Source: Acidimicrobiia bacterium (GTDB taxonomy: Bacteria; Actinomycetota; Acidimicrobiia; Spongiisociales; ZC4RG35). Taken from it: 64,000 nucleotides of DNA. A model generated the notes under the pieces. It worked only from the letters and a program-made list of their open reading frames with translations, did no database searches and was not told the origin of the DNA. This document shows positions 40,197-49,330 of this stretch, one piece after another (positions within the stretch are counted from its first letter, which is position 1; every line of letters starts with the position of its first letter). Location of the stretch: positions 136,961-200,960 of the forward strand of contig CBDBCY010000004.1 in NCBI GenBank assembly GCA_965203555.1, given 5' to 3'. Position numbers and translations under genes: made by a program.

Positions 40197-41156
40197 ATGT
40201 TGATAGTTCAACGTCCTGAGATATTCGAGAAAGAGAAGAGCGAAGTCCGTTCGGAGTTTGTGATGGAGCCGTTGGAGCCCGGTTTGGGACACACCCTCGG
40301 CAACACTGTCAGGCGCTCGCTTCTGTCCCGGGTACCGGGGGCGGCCATAACCGCCATTCAGATCGAGGGGACCGACCACGAGTTCGCCACCATCGAGGGT
40401 GTGGTGGAGGACGTGGTGGACATCATCCTCAATCTCAAGGCGGTGGTGATCCGCCTGGAGGGAAGCGGTCCCGAGCGAGTGTATCTCAAGGCAACGGGCG
40501 CCGGGCCTGTCTCCGCGGGAGCTTTCGAGACGCCGGCCGAGGTGAAGGTGATCAATCCCACGACTCACATCGCCACCCTTTCGACGAGGGGCCGGTTGGA
40601 GATCGAGGCCTGGGTCCATGCCGGCGTGGGCTACCGGTCCGCTGAGGACAACAAGGAGAAGACCAGCGGAGCGGTGGGGGTGATCCCCATCGATTCCATT
40701 TTCTCGCCGGTGCGCCGGGTGTCCTACAGGGTGGAGAACACCCAGGTCGGTCAGATGACCAACTACGAGCGGCTCATCCTCGACGTTGAGACCAATGGGT
40801 CGGTACGTCCGGCGCAGGCGGTGTCCTCGGTGGGCAAGACGCTGGGAGAATTGGTCGGCCTTATCGCCGGAGTGGGCGAGGGTATGGGACTGGAACTGGG
40901 CGACTTCCCGGTTCCCGAAACCGGAAGCGATGACCTTCATCTTCCCATCGAAGCCCTGGAGTTGTCCGAGCGGCCCCGCAACTGTTTGCGGCGGTCGGGA
41001 ATCGCCACGGTGGGAGATCTGGTGAAGTGCACCTCAGGACAACTGCTCGACATCACCAACTTCGGGCAGAGGAGCCTGGAGGAGGTCCAGGAGCGTCTCG
41101 ATGAAATGGGTTTGAGCCTCAGCGACCAGGAAGCGTCCAATGCCGCGTCCTCCTAA
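40197..41156 (+). CDS. rpoA: DNA-directed RNA polymerase subunit alpha
   Basis: 319-aa ORF with N-terminal dimerisation domain and C-terminal domain ([22 protein letters not shown]). Confidence 0.95.
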   Translation: MLIVQRPEIFEKEKSEVRSEFVMEPLEPGLGHTLGNTVRRSLLSRVPGAAITAIQIEGTDHEFATIEGVVEDVVDIILNLKAVVIRLEGSGPERVYLKATGAGPVSAGAFETPAEVKVINPTTHIATLSTRGRLEIEAWVHAGVGYRSAEDNKEKTSGAVGVIPIDSIFSPVRRVSYRVENTQVGQMTNYERLILDVETNGSVRPAQAVSSVGKTLGELVGLIAGVGEGMGLELGDFPVPETGSDDLHLPIEALELSERPRNCLRRSGIATVGDLVKCTSGQLLDITNFGQRSLEEVQERLDEMGLSLSDQEASNAASS

Positions 41157-41490
41157 AGGCGCCCGCCTGGGGGGTTCCCCCGCCCATCACCACAGAATGA
41201 TGGCCAACCTGGCTGCTTCATTGATTATCGAGGAGAAGATCACCACCACTCATGGCCGGGCCCGCTCGGTGCGTCCCGTAGTGGAGAAACTGATAACCCG
41301 GGCACGGCGCGGCGACCTGCATTCCAGGCGGATCGTTCTCAGGACCATTCAGGACACCGACGTGGTGACCAAGCTCTTCGACGAGGTGGCGCCTCGCTAC
41401 AACCACCGTCCCGGCGGCTATACCCGCATCGTCAAGTTGGGTCCCCGGCGCGGGGACGGGGCGGAGATGGCCGTCATCGAGTTGGTTTGA
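41140..41490 (+). CDS. rplQ: 50S ribosomal protein L17
   Basis: 116-aa ORF, L17 homology. Confidence 0.93.
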   Translation: MPRPPKGARLGGSPAHHHRMMANLAASLIIEEKITTTHGRARSVRPVVEKLITRARRGDLHSRRIVLRTIQDTDVVTKLFDEVAPRYNHRPGGYTRIVKLGPRRGDGAEMAVIELV

Positions 41491-41527
41491 CGGCCGACTC
41501 CCTGGTGCGGCGCCGCGGTATCAGGCG

Positions 41528-42028
41528 ATGATCATCATCAGGAGGGCGGCGGCCGCAGCCTTCTTTCGAAAGAACGCGGTGTTCGAGATCTACCTGGATC
41601 ACCGCGCCACCGCAGACGCGGCCCTACTCATCCTCGGATTGGCCGGAATCGGCTACCTGTGGAGGGTGGTCCTTGAAGGTTATAGATTCTCGGTGTGGAA
41701 TCTGCTGCTCTTGCTGCTCAACGCATTGATGCTCTGGATCGTTCGGGCGGGTGTCTGCCTGCTGGTCGGCAAGGTCTTTTTCCGCAAAGACTCGTCGATG
41801 GCGACCATCATGCGTCTCCAGGGATTCTGCTACCTGCCGCTGGTATTGACTTTTCTCTCTGCCTCGATCGGCGTGTTCGGCATCATCTGGTTCTTGGCTT
41901 TGCTGGTGTTTGCCACCGCCGAAGCGATGGAGTTGCTGATCTGGCAGGCCGCGGTGACGATTGCTGCCAGCGTGGTCGGGCTGTTCCTCATCAGCCCTCT
42001 GCTCTGGGGTGGCTACCGGCTGTTCTAG
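41528..42028 (+). CDS. Hypothetical integral membrane protein (possibly Yip1-like), 166 aa
   Basis: Four to five hydrophobic segments; sits between rplQ and truA; function not recognised. Confidence 0.6.
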   Translation: MIIIRRAAAAAFFRKNAVFEIYLDHRATADAALLILGLAGIGYLWRVVLEGYRFSVWNLLLLLLNALMLWIVRAGVCLLVGKVFFRKDSSMATIMRLQGFCYLPLVLTFLSASIGVFGIIWFLALLVFATAEAMELLIWQAAVTIAASVVGLFLISPLLWGGYRLF

Positions 42029-42823
42029 ATGACGCGTTCACAAGCGGTCGGGCTGTTCTCCTATCGTCTCGACCTGGCCTATGAGGGAACCGGGTTTCAC
42101 GGCTTCGCTCGACAGCCGTCGGTGCGGACCGTGCAGGTAGAGTTGGAGAAGGCGCTGCGGGTAGTGCTCCGGGAAGAGGTGACCAGCACCTGTGCCGGCC
42201 GCACGGACGCCGGAGTCCATGCCCGCCGCCAAGTGGTCAGCATGACCCTGGGGCGCCCGGTGGAAGACCCGATGGCGGTGGTTCGCTCTCTCAATCGGCT
42301 TCTGCCTGCGGACATGGCTGTCATTCGACTGTCTGCGGTAGCCGAGGGGTGGAGCGCCCGCTTCACGGCGAAGTGGCGGGCTTACCGTTACCATTTACGG
42401 ACCGATCCGGCGCCCGACCCGTTGCAACGTCGCCTGGTTTGGCATGTGGGGTTTCCATTGGACGTCGAGGCCATGAATCGGGCGGCAGGCCATCTGGTGG
42501 GAATCCATGACTTCGCGTCTTTCTGCCGCGCCGCGGAAGGTCGCTCCACCGTTCGAGAGGTCGAGTATGCGCGCTGGAGTGTGCACGGAGTTGGCCGCCT
42601 GGTGTTTGAAGTCCGGGCGTCGGCGTTCTGTCACCAGATGGTTAGATCGCTGGTGGGGTGGTGTGTGGCCGTCGGCCGGGGACGCCGCCGCGCCGCTGAG
42701 ACTCCCGCCGTGCTCGCAGCCCGCTCTCGGCAGGCGGCTGGTCCGGTGGCGCCTCCCCATGGGCTGATCCTTTGGGAAGTAGGTTATGGAGAGACCGGAG
42801 ACGAAGAGACCGGAGACGGTTAG
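42029..42823 (+). CDS. truA: tRNA pseudouridine(38-40) synthase TruA
   Basis: 264-aa ORF, catalytic region GRTDAGVHA. Confidence 0.92.
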   Translation: MTRSQAVGLFSYRLDLAYEGTGFHGFARQPSVRTVQVELEKALRVVLREEVTSTCAGRTDAGVHARRQVVSMTLGRPVEDPMAVVRSLNRLLPADMAVIRLSAVAEGWSARFTAKWRAYRYHLRTDPAPDPLQRRLVWHVGFPLDVEAMNRAAGHLVGIHDFASFCRAAEGRSTVREVEYARWSVHGVGRLVFEVRASAFCHQMVRSLVGWCVAVGRGRRRAAETPAVLAARSRQAAGPVAPPHGLILWEVGYGETGDEETGDG

Positions 42824-42832
42824 GAGAAGGTT

Positions 42833-43486
42833 GTGAGAGTTAAGGCTGTGCTGTTCGACGCCGGTGGGACATTGGTTTTGCAACACCCCGAGTTGATGGG
42901 CGAAGTATTGGGCGTCGATCTCGACCAGGACTCCTGCTTCGAGGCCCATTATCTGGCCATGGACGCCTACTCGCGGCGCTATCGCAACGGTGTGCGAACC
43001 CATGGCTGGGAGTGGTGGTTGGAGCACTATTTCACCACCTTGCAGGTTCCGTCCCCATCGGAAGCCGGGCCCAGAATCCGGTTCGGTCACGGTATGTGGA
43101 ATCTGCCCATTCGGGGAGTGGAGGCAGGGGTGTCCCGCCTGCTGGACCAGGGCATGCGCTGCGCGGTCATCTCGAACTCGGACGGATCGATTCGGGCCTC
43201 TTTGGCGGAAGCCGACCTCTCCCATCTGTTTGAGTTCGTGATCGACTCTTCCGAGGTGGGTTGCCGCAAGCCCCAACCGAAGATCTTCGAGATGGGCATC
43301 GAGAAACTGGGCGGGGTCACTGCCGGTGAGGTGGCTTACGTGGGTGATTCCATGTTCCACGACGTGGACGGGGCGCTGCAGGCCGGCTACGGTCAGGCCT
43401 GGTTGGTGGATCCCTTGGGCCTCTATCCCGATCAGATCTTGCGGGTGTCGTCGGTGGCAGCAATGCCCGAAGCCCTGGGGCTTTGA
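42833..43486 (+). CDS. HAD-superfamily hydrolase (subfamily IA-like)
   Basis: Motif I VLFDAGGTLV, motif IV-like VGDSMFHDVDGA. Confidence 0.75.
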   Translation: MRVKAVLFDAGGTLVLQHPELMGEVLGVDLDQDSCFEAHYLAMDAYSRRYRNGVRTHGWEWWLEHYFTTLQVPSPSEAGPRIRFGHGMWNLPIRGVEAGVSRLLDQGMRCAVISNSDGSIRASLAEADLSHLFEFVIDSSEVGCRKPQPKIFEMGIEKLGGVTAGEVAYVGDSMFHDVDGALQAGYGQAWLVDPLGLYPDQILRVSSVAAMPEALGL

Positions 43487-43714
43487 GGTGGTCACGGCCT
43501 GCACCGCCGCACTGGGATCGGACGGAGGCGCAGCCGGCCCGCTGGACGGAAGATCTGACCTATCTCCTGCTTTTCCATGCGCTCCGCAGAAAATCCCGTT
43601 TTTGATCTGGAGCGGGGCGGCTTTATCATTGGGGGGCCGAGTCGGCTATTCGGCTCAGTTTGGCGCCCTTTTCATCTAAATGGAGTTTGTGGCTTGACTG
43701 CGCGAACTAAACCT

Positions 43715-44173
43715 GTGATCTCCAAGACCTTCTCGCCCTCCGCTGACCGGGTTGATCCCGATTGGTGGGTGGTGGACGCTTCCGGCCTTCCGCTGGGGAG
43801 GCTGGCGTCGGAGATAGCCAAAGTGATCCGCGGTAAGCACAAGCCGACTTTCGCTCCCCACGTCGACGGAGGCGACTACGTGGTGGTTGTAAACGCCGAC
43901 CGAGTGGGCCTGACCGCGTCCAAGAGGGAGCAAAAGGTGTACTACCGGCACTCAGGCTATCCGGGCGGTATCAAAGCTGAGTCATTTCAGTCTCTCATCA
44001 GGCGGCGACCGCAAGAAGTGATCGAACGGGCCGTGCGGGGGATGCTTCCCAAGAACCGGCTGGGGAGAAAGATGTTCCGCAAACTCAAGGTTTATGCAGG
44101 GGCCTCCCATCCGCACGCTTCCCAAAAGCCGGTGGCCTTGGAGCTGAAGATCCGTAAGGTGGACGATAGATGA
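43715..44173 (+). CDS. rplM: 50S ribosomal protein L13
   Basis: L13 homology ([31 protein letters not shown]). GTG 43715 gives the usual N-terminal length; TTG 43694 is an alternative; ORF track opens at 43577. Confidence 0.9.
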   Translation: MISKTFSPSADRVDPDWWVVDASGLPLGRLASEIAKVIRGKHKPTFAPHVDGGDYVVVVNADRVGLTASKREQKVYYRHSGYPGGIKAESFQSLIRRRPQEVIERAVRGMLPKNRLGRKMFRKLKVYAGASHPHASQKPVALELKIRKVDDR

Positions 44174-44562
44174 GCGCTCCGTTGGTTCAAGCGACCGGAC
44201 GCCGCAAGGCCTCGGTGGCGCGGGTAAGGCTTTACGAGGGGAGCGGACAGATCACCCTGAACAAGCGCCCTATCGAAGATTACTTCCCGACCATTGCTCG
44301 CCGGATCAGAGTGTTGGAACCGTTGGAGGTCACCAGCACCAGGGGCCGGTATGATGTCAACGCCACTCTTCACGGAGGAGGCGTCACGGGACAGGCCGAT
44401 GCCCTGCGACTGGGAATCGCCCGCGCATTGGCGGAGGTGGAACCCGGATTGCGTCTCACTCTGAAGAGGCAGGGTCTGCTGCGCCGGGACGCGCGGGTGG
44501 TGGAGCGCAAGAAGTACGGCCTGAAGAAAGCCCGCCGCGCTCCCCAGTACACCAAGCGCTGA
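44170..44562 (+). CDS. rpsI: 30S ribosomal protein S9
   Basis: 130-aa ORF ending ...RRAPQYTKR. Confidence 0.95.
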   Translation: MSAPLVQATGRRKASVARVRLYEGSGQITLNKRPIEDYFPTIARRIRVLEPLEVTSTRGRYDVNATLHGGGVTGQADALRLGIARALAEVEPGLRLTLKRQGLLRRDARVVERKKYGLKKARRAPQYTKR

Positions 44563-44595
44563 TCCTCGGTTGACGGCAGGCGCGCCAAGGCCGAG

Positions 44596-45930
44596 ATGGA
44601 CGAGGTCGGAGGCGCAAGCCTGTTTGGCACCGACGGCATTAGGGGAATTGCCGGTCGGGATCTCACGGCCGGTTTGGCCTACGGGGTGGGTAGGGCTGCC
44701 GGGGAGGTGGCTGGGGACGGCAGGGTGCTGGTGGGGATGGACACTCGTCCCTCGGGTCCCGAGTTGTCCCGCGCATTGTGTGCGGGCCTGGAAAGCGCAG
44801 GCCTGCAAGCCGTGGATCTGGGAGTGATGCCGGCGGGGGGAATAAGTCATCTGACCGCTGTGACCCGGGCAGTGATGGGAGTGGTCATTTCGGCCTCGCA
44901 CAATCCCGCTGCATACAACGGGATCAAGCTGCTGGGCCCGGACGGCGCCAAACTCTCCGACCAGAGAGAAGCTGAGATCTCTGCGCGGGTCAGACCGGTG
45001 GAGAAGGGGGGATCAGGGACCGCCTTGATCGGATCGGAGTGGCCCGCAGCTTTGGACGCTTATATAGAGTGGTTGGCCGGGACGGTCACCGTCGACCTGT
45101 CGGGGCTCTCGGTGATGGTGGACTGCGCCAACGGGGCGGCCTACCGGGCCGCTCCCAGGGTACTTCGTTTGTTGGGGGTGGACACGGAAACGACCGCTGC
45201 CGGCGGGGACGGTTCGGCTATCAACCAGGGATGCGGCGCCACCCATCCGCAGTGGGTCGCCTCCCGGGCCGGGGGACGAATCGGATTGGCCCTGGACGGA
45301 GACGCTGATCGCCTGATCGCCGTGGACGAGACCGGGTGCGTGGTTGACGGGGATTTTCTGATGGCGATCCTGGCTCGGTATCTGCACCTTCGACGGCAAT
45401 TGGATCCACCTGTGGTGGTGGCCACCGTGATGTCCAATCTGGGCTTTCGGACGGCCATGTCCTCACAGGGAATAGAGATCGTCCGGACCAGGGTGGGAGA
45501 TCGATATGTGCGGGAGGAGATGATCAGGCGGGGCGCCATGCTGGGGGGTGAACAGTCCGGACACATCATCTTCGGCAATCTGGCGGTCACCGGCGACGGT
45601 CTCCTCACCGCCTTGCAACTCTTGCAGGTAGTGGCCTCCACCGGCCGGACGTTGGATGACCTTCGCACTGAAGCGATGCAGCGCTACCCGCAGGTCCTGA
45701 TCAACGTGGAGGTGGAAGATCCGGCCCGGGTAAGAGAGTTCACCGGGATTTGGGAGAAGGTTTCCAGGGTTGAACGGGAGTTGGGATCCGAAGGGCGGGT
45801 GCTGGTCCGACCGTCGGGCACAGAGCCCCTGGTGCGGGTAATGGTGGAATGCCTTGAGTCTGAGCCGGCTGAGAGGTATGCTGAGGAATTGGCCGAGGTG
45901 ATTGCCTTGGTTATGAACAGGTCGACCTGA
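44596..45930 (+). CDS. glmM: Phosphoglucosamine mutase
   Basis: 444-aa ORF, FGTDGIRG N-terminus, active-site SASHNP. Confidence 0.93.
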   Translation: MDEVGGASLFGTDGIRGIAGRDLTAGLAYGVGRAAGEVAGDGRVLVGMDTRPSGPELSRALCAGLESAGLQAVDLGVMPAGGISHLTAVTRAVMGVVISASHNPAAYNGIKLLGPDGAKLSDQREAEISARVRPVEKGGSGTALIGSEWPAALDAYIEWLAGTVTVDLSGLSVMVDCANGAAYRAAPRVLRLLGVDTETTAAGGDGSAINQGCGATHPQWVASRAGGRIGLALDGDADRLIAVDETGCVVDGDFLMAILARYLHLRRQLDPPVVVATVMSNLGFRTAMSSQGIEIVRTRVGDRYVREEMIRRGAMLGGEQSGHIIFGNLAVTGDGLLTALQLLQVVASTGRTLDDLRTEAMQRYPQVLINVEVEDPARVREFTGIWEKVSRVERELGSEGRVLVRPSGTEPLVRVMVECLESEPAERYAEELAEVIALVMNRST

Positions 45931-45989
45931 GAAAGGAGGAATTTCCCACCCCACAACTCGGCGTGCAGCGGAGTTATCTCACAACAAAC

Positions 45990-46150
45990 AAGCGCCAGGC
46001 CTCTTGAACCGCCGGTCGGCGGATTCCGGAGGTGACGAGGAGGAAGGCGATCGAATCTTTCGGCGGATGCCTTTCCGGCCACCACAGTCGTGACGATCGG
46101 AGCAAATCCCGCCGGTAACGGCGGGGACAAAAGACGGTCGAAGTGGAGCG
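45990..46150 (+). ncRNA. glmS: glmS ribozyme / GlcN6P riboswitch
   Basis: Directly upstream of glmS: AGCGCCAGG (45991) ... GACGAGGAGGAAGGCGATCGAATCTTTCGGCGGATGCCTTTCCGG. This closely matches the remembered Bacillus core GACGAGGAUGGAGGUUAUCGAAUUUUCGGCGGAUGCCUCCCGG. A downstream hairpin CCGCCGGTAACGGCGGGG and GACAAAAGA follow. Ends are approximate. Confidence 0.75.
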
Positions 46151-46196
46151 TTCCGCAATGCGCGCGCAGAGGGGGTTTGTGGAAATTGGCGCGATC

Positions 46197-48032
46197 ATGT
46201 GCGGAATAGTTGGTTATGTTGGCTCCCGCCCTGCTCGAGATTTGTTGCTGGGTGGTTTGGCCCGGTTGGAGTACCGGGGCTACGACTCGGCGGGAATGGC
46301 TATCGGTCAGAACGGCGCATTGACAAGTGTCCGACAGGTTGGAAAGATCTCCGATCTGGCCGCGGTGGTCCAGGAAGGTTCGGAGTCTTTCCCCGGGGGG
46401 TATGGAGTCGGGCATACCCGATGGGCGACTCACGGGGCGCCCACCACTCCCAATGCTCACCCTCACTTCGATTGCTCGGGGGAGGTGGCGATCGTCCACA
46501 ACGGGATTATTGAGAATTGGACGGAGTTGAAGGCTTGGTTGGAAGGCCGGGGGCACGGATTTGCCTCCGACACCGACACGGAGGTGGCCGCCCATCTCAT
46601 CGAGGAACTGTCTTCGCTCCCCCTGTCAGAGGCAGTGGCGCAGGTCCTGCGACGCTGTGAGGGCGCCCTGGCCCTGGCGGTGATTCGCCGCTCCGATCCA
46701 GGGCTGGTTGTGGGAGGTCGGAAGGGAAGCCCGCTGGTGATCGGCCGGGGATCGGGGGAGAATTTCCTGGCTTCCGACATCCCTGCGTTCATGGCCCATA
46801 CCCGTCGCATGATGGTGGTTCCCGAAGATCGGGTGGTGGAGATCCGCTCGGACTCGGTGCGCATCACCGACCTACGCGGACAGGAGCAGGAACCAGAGGA
46901 ACGGGAGGTGGAATGGGACGTGGAGGCCGCCGAGAAGGGCGGCTATCCCACTTTCATGCTCAAGGAGATATACGAGCAGCCCAAAGCCGTGGCGGAGACC
47001 CTGTTGGGACGCATCAGTTCCACCGGTCTGCCCATGCTGGAGGAAACGGGAGTGACCGCCGAGATTGCCAAGGACGTGGACAAGGTGTTCGTGGTGGCCT
47101 GCGGTACCTCCTATCACGCCGGGATGATGGCCAAATACGCATTGGAGCGATGGGCGAAGCTTCCGGTGGAGGTAGATCTGTCCTCGGAGTTCCGGTATCG
47201 AGATCCGGTTCTCAACTCCCGCTCGCTGGTGATCGGCATCAGCCAGTCGGGAGAGACTGCGGACACTTTGGGCGCGATCCGATATGCGCTCGGACAGGGC
47301 GCCCGGGTGGCGGCGGTGACCAACGTGGTCGGATCGTCGCTGGCCCGAGAGGCGCACATGGTGCTGCAAACCAGGGCGGGCCCCGAAATCGGAGTGGCGG
47401 CTTCCAAGACCTTCATCACCCAGATGGCCCTGCTTCAACTATTGGGTCTGCATATGGCCATCGAGCGAGGCGTGATGAGTCCCGCAGAAGCGGCAGGGCC
47501 GGTGAATGCGCTGCGCAGCCTGCCTGATCGGCTCGATGAAGTGTTGGGCCTTTCCGATCAGATGCTGGAGTTGGCGCAGGAGTGGCGGGACGTGCGAGAT
47601 TTCTTCTTCCTGGGCAGGTCTGTCGACTATCCGGCGGCTCTGGAAGGCGCCTTGAAGCTGAAGGAATTGTCCTATGTGCGAGCCGAGGGTTATGCGGCCG
47701 GTGAGATGAAGCACGGTCCCATCGCCCTGATCGAGCCGGGAGTGGTGGTGATCGGAGTGGCCACCGACCGCCGGCTGCGTCCCAAGATGTTCTCCAATCT
47801 CTCGGAGATGAAGGCGCGGGGCGGTACGGTGGTGACCCTGGTCGGAGAGGAGGACCGGGCCGAGGCGGCAATCACCTCCGATCTGGTGATAACCCTTCCC
47901 GAAGACGCTGATCTGATCGGAGCGGTGCTGGCAGTGGTTCCGCTGCAACTCTTCTCCTACCACCTTGCCACCCTCAAGGGACTGGACGTCGACCAACCCC
48001 GCAACCTTGCCAAGACGGTGACCGTGGAGTAG
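46197..48032 (+). CDS. glmS: Glutamine--fructose-6-phosphate aminotransferase
   Basis: ATG 46197 gives the obligatory MCGIVGY N-terminus (Cys2 nucleophile); two SIS domains; ends ...TVTVE. ORF track opens at 46143. Confidence 0.95.
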   Translation: MCGIVGYVGSRPARDLLLGGLARLEYRGYDSAGMAIGQNGALTSVRQVGKISDLAAVVQEGSESFPGGYGVGHTRWATHGAPTTPNAHPHFDCSGEVAIVHNGIIENWTELKAWLEGRGHGFASDTDTEVAAHLIEELSSLPLSEAVAQVLRRCEGALALAVIRRSDPGLVVGGRKGSPLVIGRGSGENFLASDIPAFMAHTRRMMVVPEDRVVEIRSDSVRITDLRGQEQEPEEREVEWDVEAAEKGGYPTFMLKEIYEQPKAVAETLLGRISSTGLPMLEETGVTAEIAKDVDKVFVVACGTSYHAGMMAKYALERWAKLPVEVDLSSEFRYRDPVLNSRSLVIGISQSGETADTLGAIRYALGQGARVAAVTNVVGSSLAREAHMVLQTRAGPEIGVAASKTFITQMALLQLLGLHMAIERGVMSPAEAAGPVNALRSLPDRLDEVLGLSDQMLELAQEWRDVRDFFFLGRSVDYPAALEGALKLKELSYVRAEGYAAGEMKHGPIALIEPGVVVIGVATDRRLRPKMFSNLSEMKARGGTVVTLVGEEDRAEAAITSDLVITLPEDADLIGAVLAVVPLQLFSYHLATLKGLDVDQPRNLAKTVTVE

Positions 48033-48123
48033 CCTAAGCTATTGAAACTCAGACGATTTGGATTTTGTTTTCAGAAATACTCTATGATGAGGCATATCCG
48101 ACCAATCGTGAAGGAGCACGCAG

Positions 48124-48354
48124 ATGAGTGGATTGGTTGCCGTTCCCTATCGACCCAAGTCGTCATTCCTGGGGGGAGTCGCACTAATCGTGGATTTTGG
48201 ACACGCCCTGATCTGCTACGAATCCTTTGAGTCAGAAGCAGAAGCGGACATGTATGCGCTTCAGAGGGACTTTGACAGGGTCTGCCAGGACATCCGCGAG
48301 GTTGGTGGTGTCGCTCTTGCTGAGGTAAACGCCGTGTTGAACACACCAAAGTAG
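48124..48354 (+). CDS. Hypothetical protein, 76 aa
   Basis: GAAGGAG 7 nt upstream of the ATG; lower-GC islet; stop overlaps the next start (TAGTG); no family recognised. Confidence 0.55.
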   Translation: MSGLVAVPYRPKSSFLGGVALIVDFGHALICYESFESEAEADMYALQRDFDRVCQDIREVGGVALAEVNAVLNTPK

Positions 48355-48827
48355 TGAGTGATGACGGAACCCCTCTCCAGAGCCATCCAGAGGGTGAGAA
48401 CGAACTTCGGGAAACTGAGCTAACGGCTGTCCCGGGCGACCAGTCCGAGGGCGGATCAGTGCCTGGGAGCACGACTGCTGTTCGGTTTGAATGGAGTGCC
48501 CCACTACCACCCCCACCCGTGATGCGTGAGTATGGGGAAATACTCCATGACGCACCGAATAGGATTTTTGAGATGGCCGAGCGGCAGGTTGGAATGGCTG
48601 AGCGTCAGATTGACGGCCGGTTGGCGTTGGAGAAGGCACAGTCTCGCAATGTGTCATTGGGGCTGTGGGGTGGTATTTTGATATCTCTGGTAGGTTTAGT
48701 CGGAGGGATCTATCTTGTTAACAGCGGTTATCAGTGGCCAGGATTGATAGTTATCGGTGTGGATTTTGGGTGGTCGTTTAGCTCGTTTTTCTTTACGTAC
48801 CGGACTAACTCCAGACAGAGCAAGTAG
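48354..48827 (+). CDS. DUF2335-like membrane protein, 157 aa
   Basis: Pattern SAPLPPPPVMREYGEILHDAPNRIFEMAERQ... followed by two TM helices resembles the DUF2335 family as I recall it. Confidence 0.6.
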   Translation: MSDDGTPLQSHPEGENELRETELTAVPGDQSEGGSVPGSTTAVRFEWSAPLPPPPVMREYGEILHDAPNRIFEMAERQVGMAERQIDGRLALEKAQSRNVSLGLWGGILISLVGLVGGIYLVNSGYQWPGLIVIGVDFGWSFSSFFFTYRTNSRQSK

Positions 48828-48913
48828 CGCGTCCCGCTTGGCTTTTTCCCTTACCCGCCAAAATGCTCCAAGCATTCGGCACAAAGCAGTGGCGGACAGG
48901 TAGCATCGTTGGA

Positions 48914-49288
48914 GTGAGGATCATTGGCTTGGGGGTGGACCTAACGGCTGTCGAGCGGGTGAGGTCGATTCTGGAGCGCTACCCGCGGTTCCGCGAGCGC
49001 TGCTTCACCACCCATGAACGAGAGTACGCCGACCGTTATCAAAAGCCCGAGCGAAGGTTTGCCGCCCGGTTTGCCGGCAAGGAGGCGGTTATGAAATCGC
49101 TCGGGACCGGCTGGCGCCGTCTGCGCTGGACCGATATCGAGATCACCGGGGGCGGGAAACCACGCGTGAACCTGTCGGGGACGGCTCAACGCCATGCGGA
49201 ACGCTTGGGAGTAACGGAGGTGCAGGTGACTATCACCCATACCGACGACACTGCTCTGGTAATGGCTTTGGCCCTCGGAGAGCATTAG
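48914..49288 (+). CDS. acpS: Holo-[acyl-carrier-protein] synthase
   Basis: GTG 48914: VRIIGLGVDLTAVERV..., typical AcpS N-terminus; ORF track opens at 48863. Confidence 0.88.
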   Translation: MRIIGLGVDLTAVERVRSILERYPRFRERCFTTHEREYADRYQKPERRFAARFAGKEAVMKSLGTGWRRLRWTDIEITGGGKPRVNLSGTAQRHAERLGVTEVQVTITHTDDTALVMALALGEH

Positions 49289-49330
49289 ACATCCTGTTAT
49301 GGGAGTGGTTTTTCACCCGGGAACAGGCAA

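Noticed and set aside
43487-43714. A possible structured ribosomal-protein leader upstream of rplM.
   Set aside because: I only found short imperfect hairpins and could not match a known L13 leader from memory. This needs a covariance-model scan.
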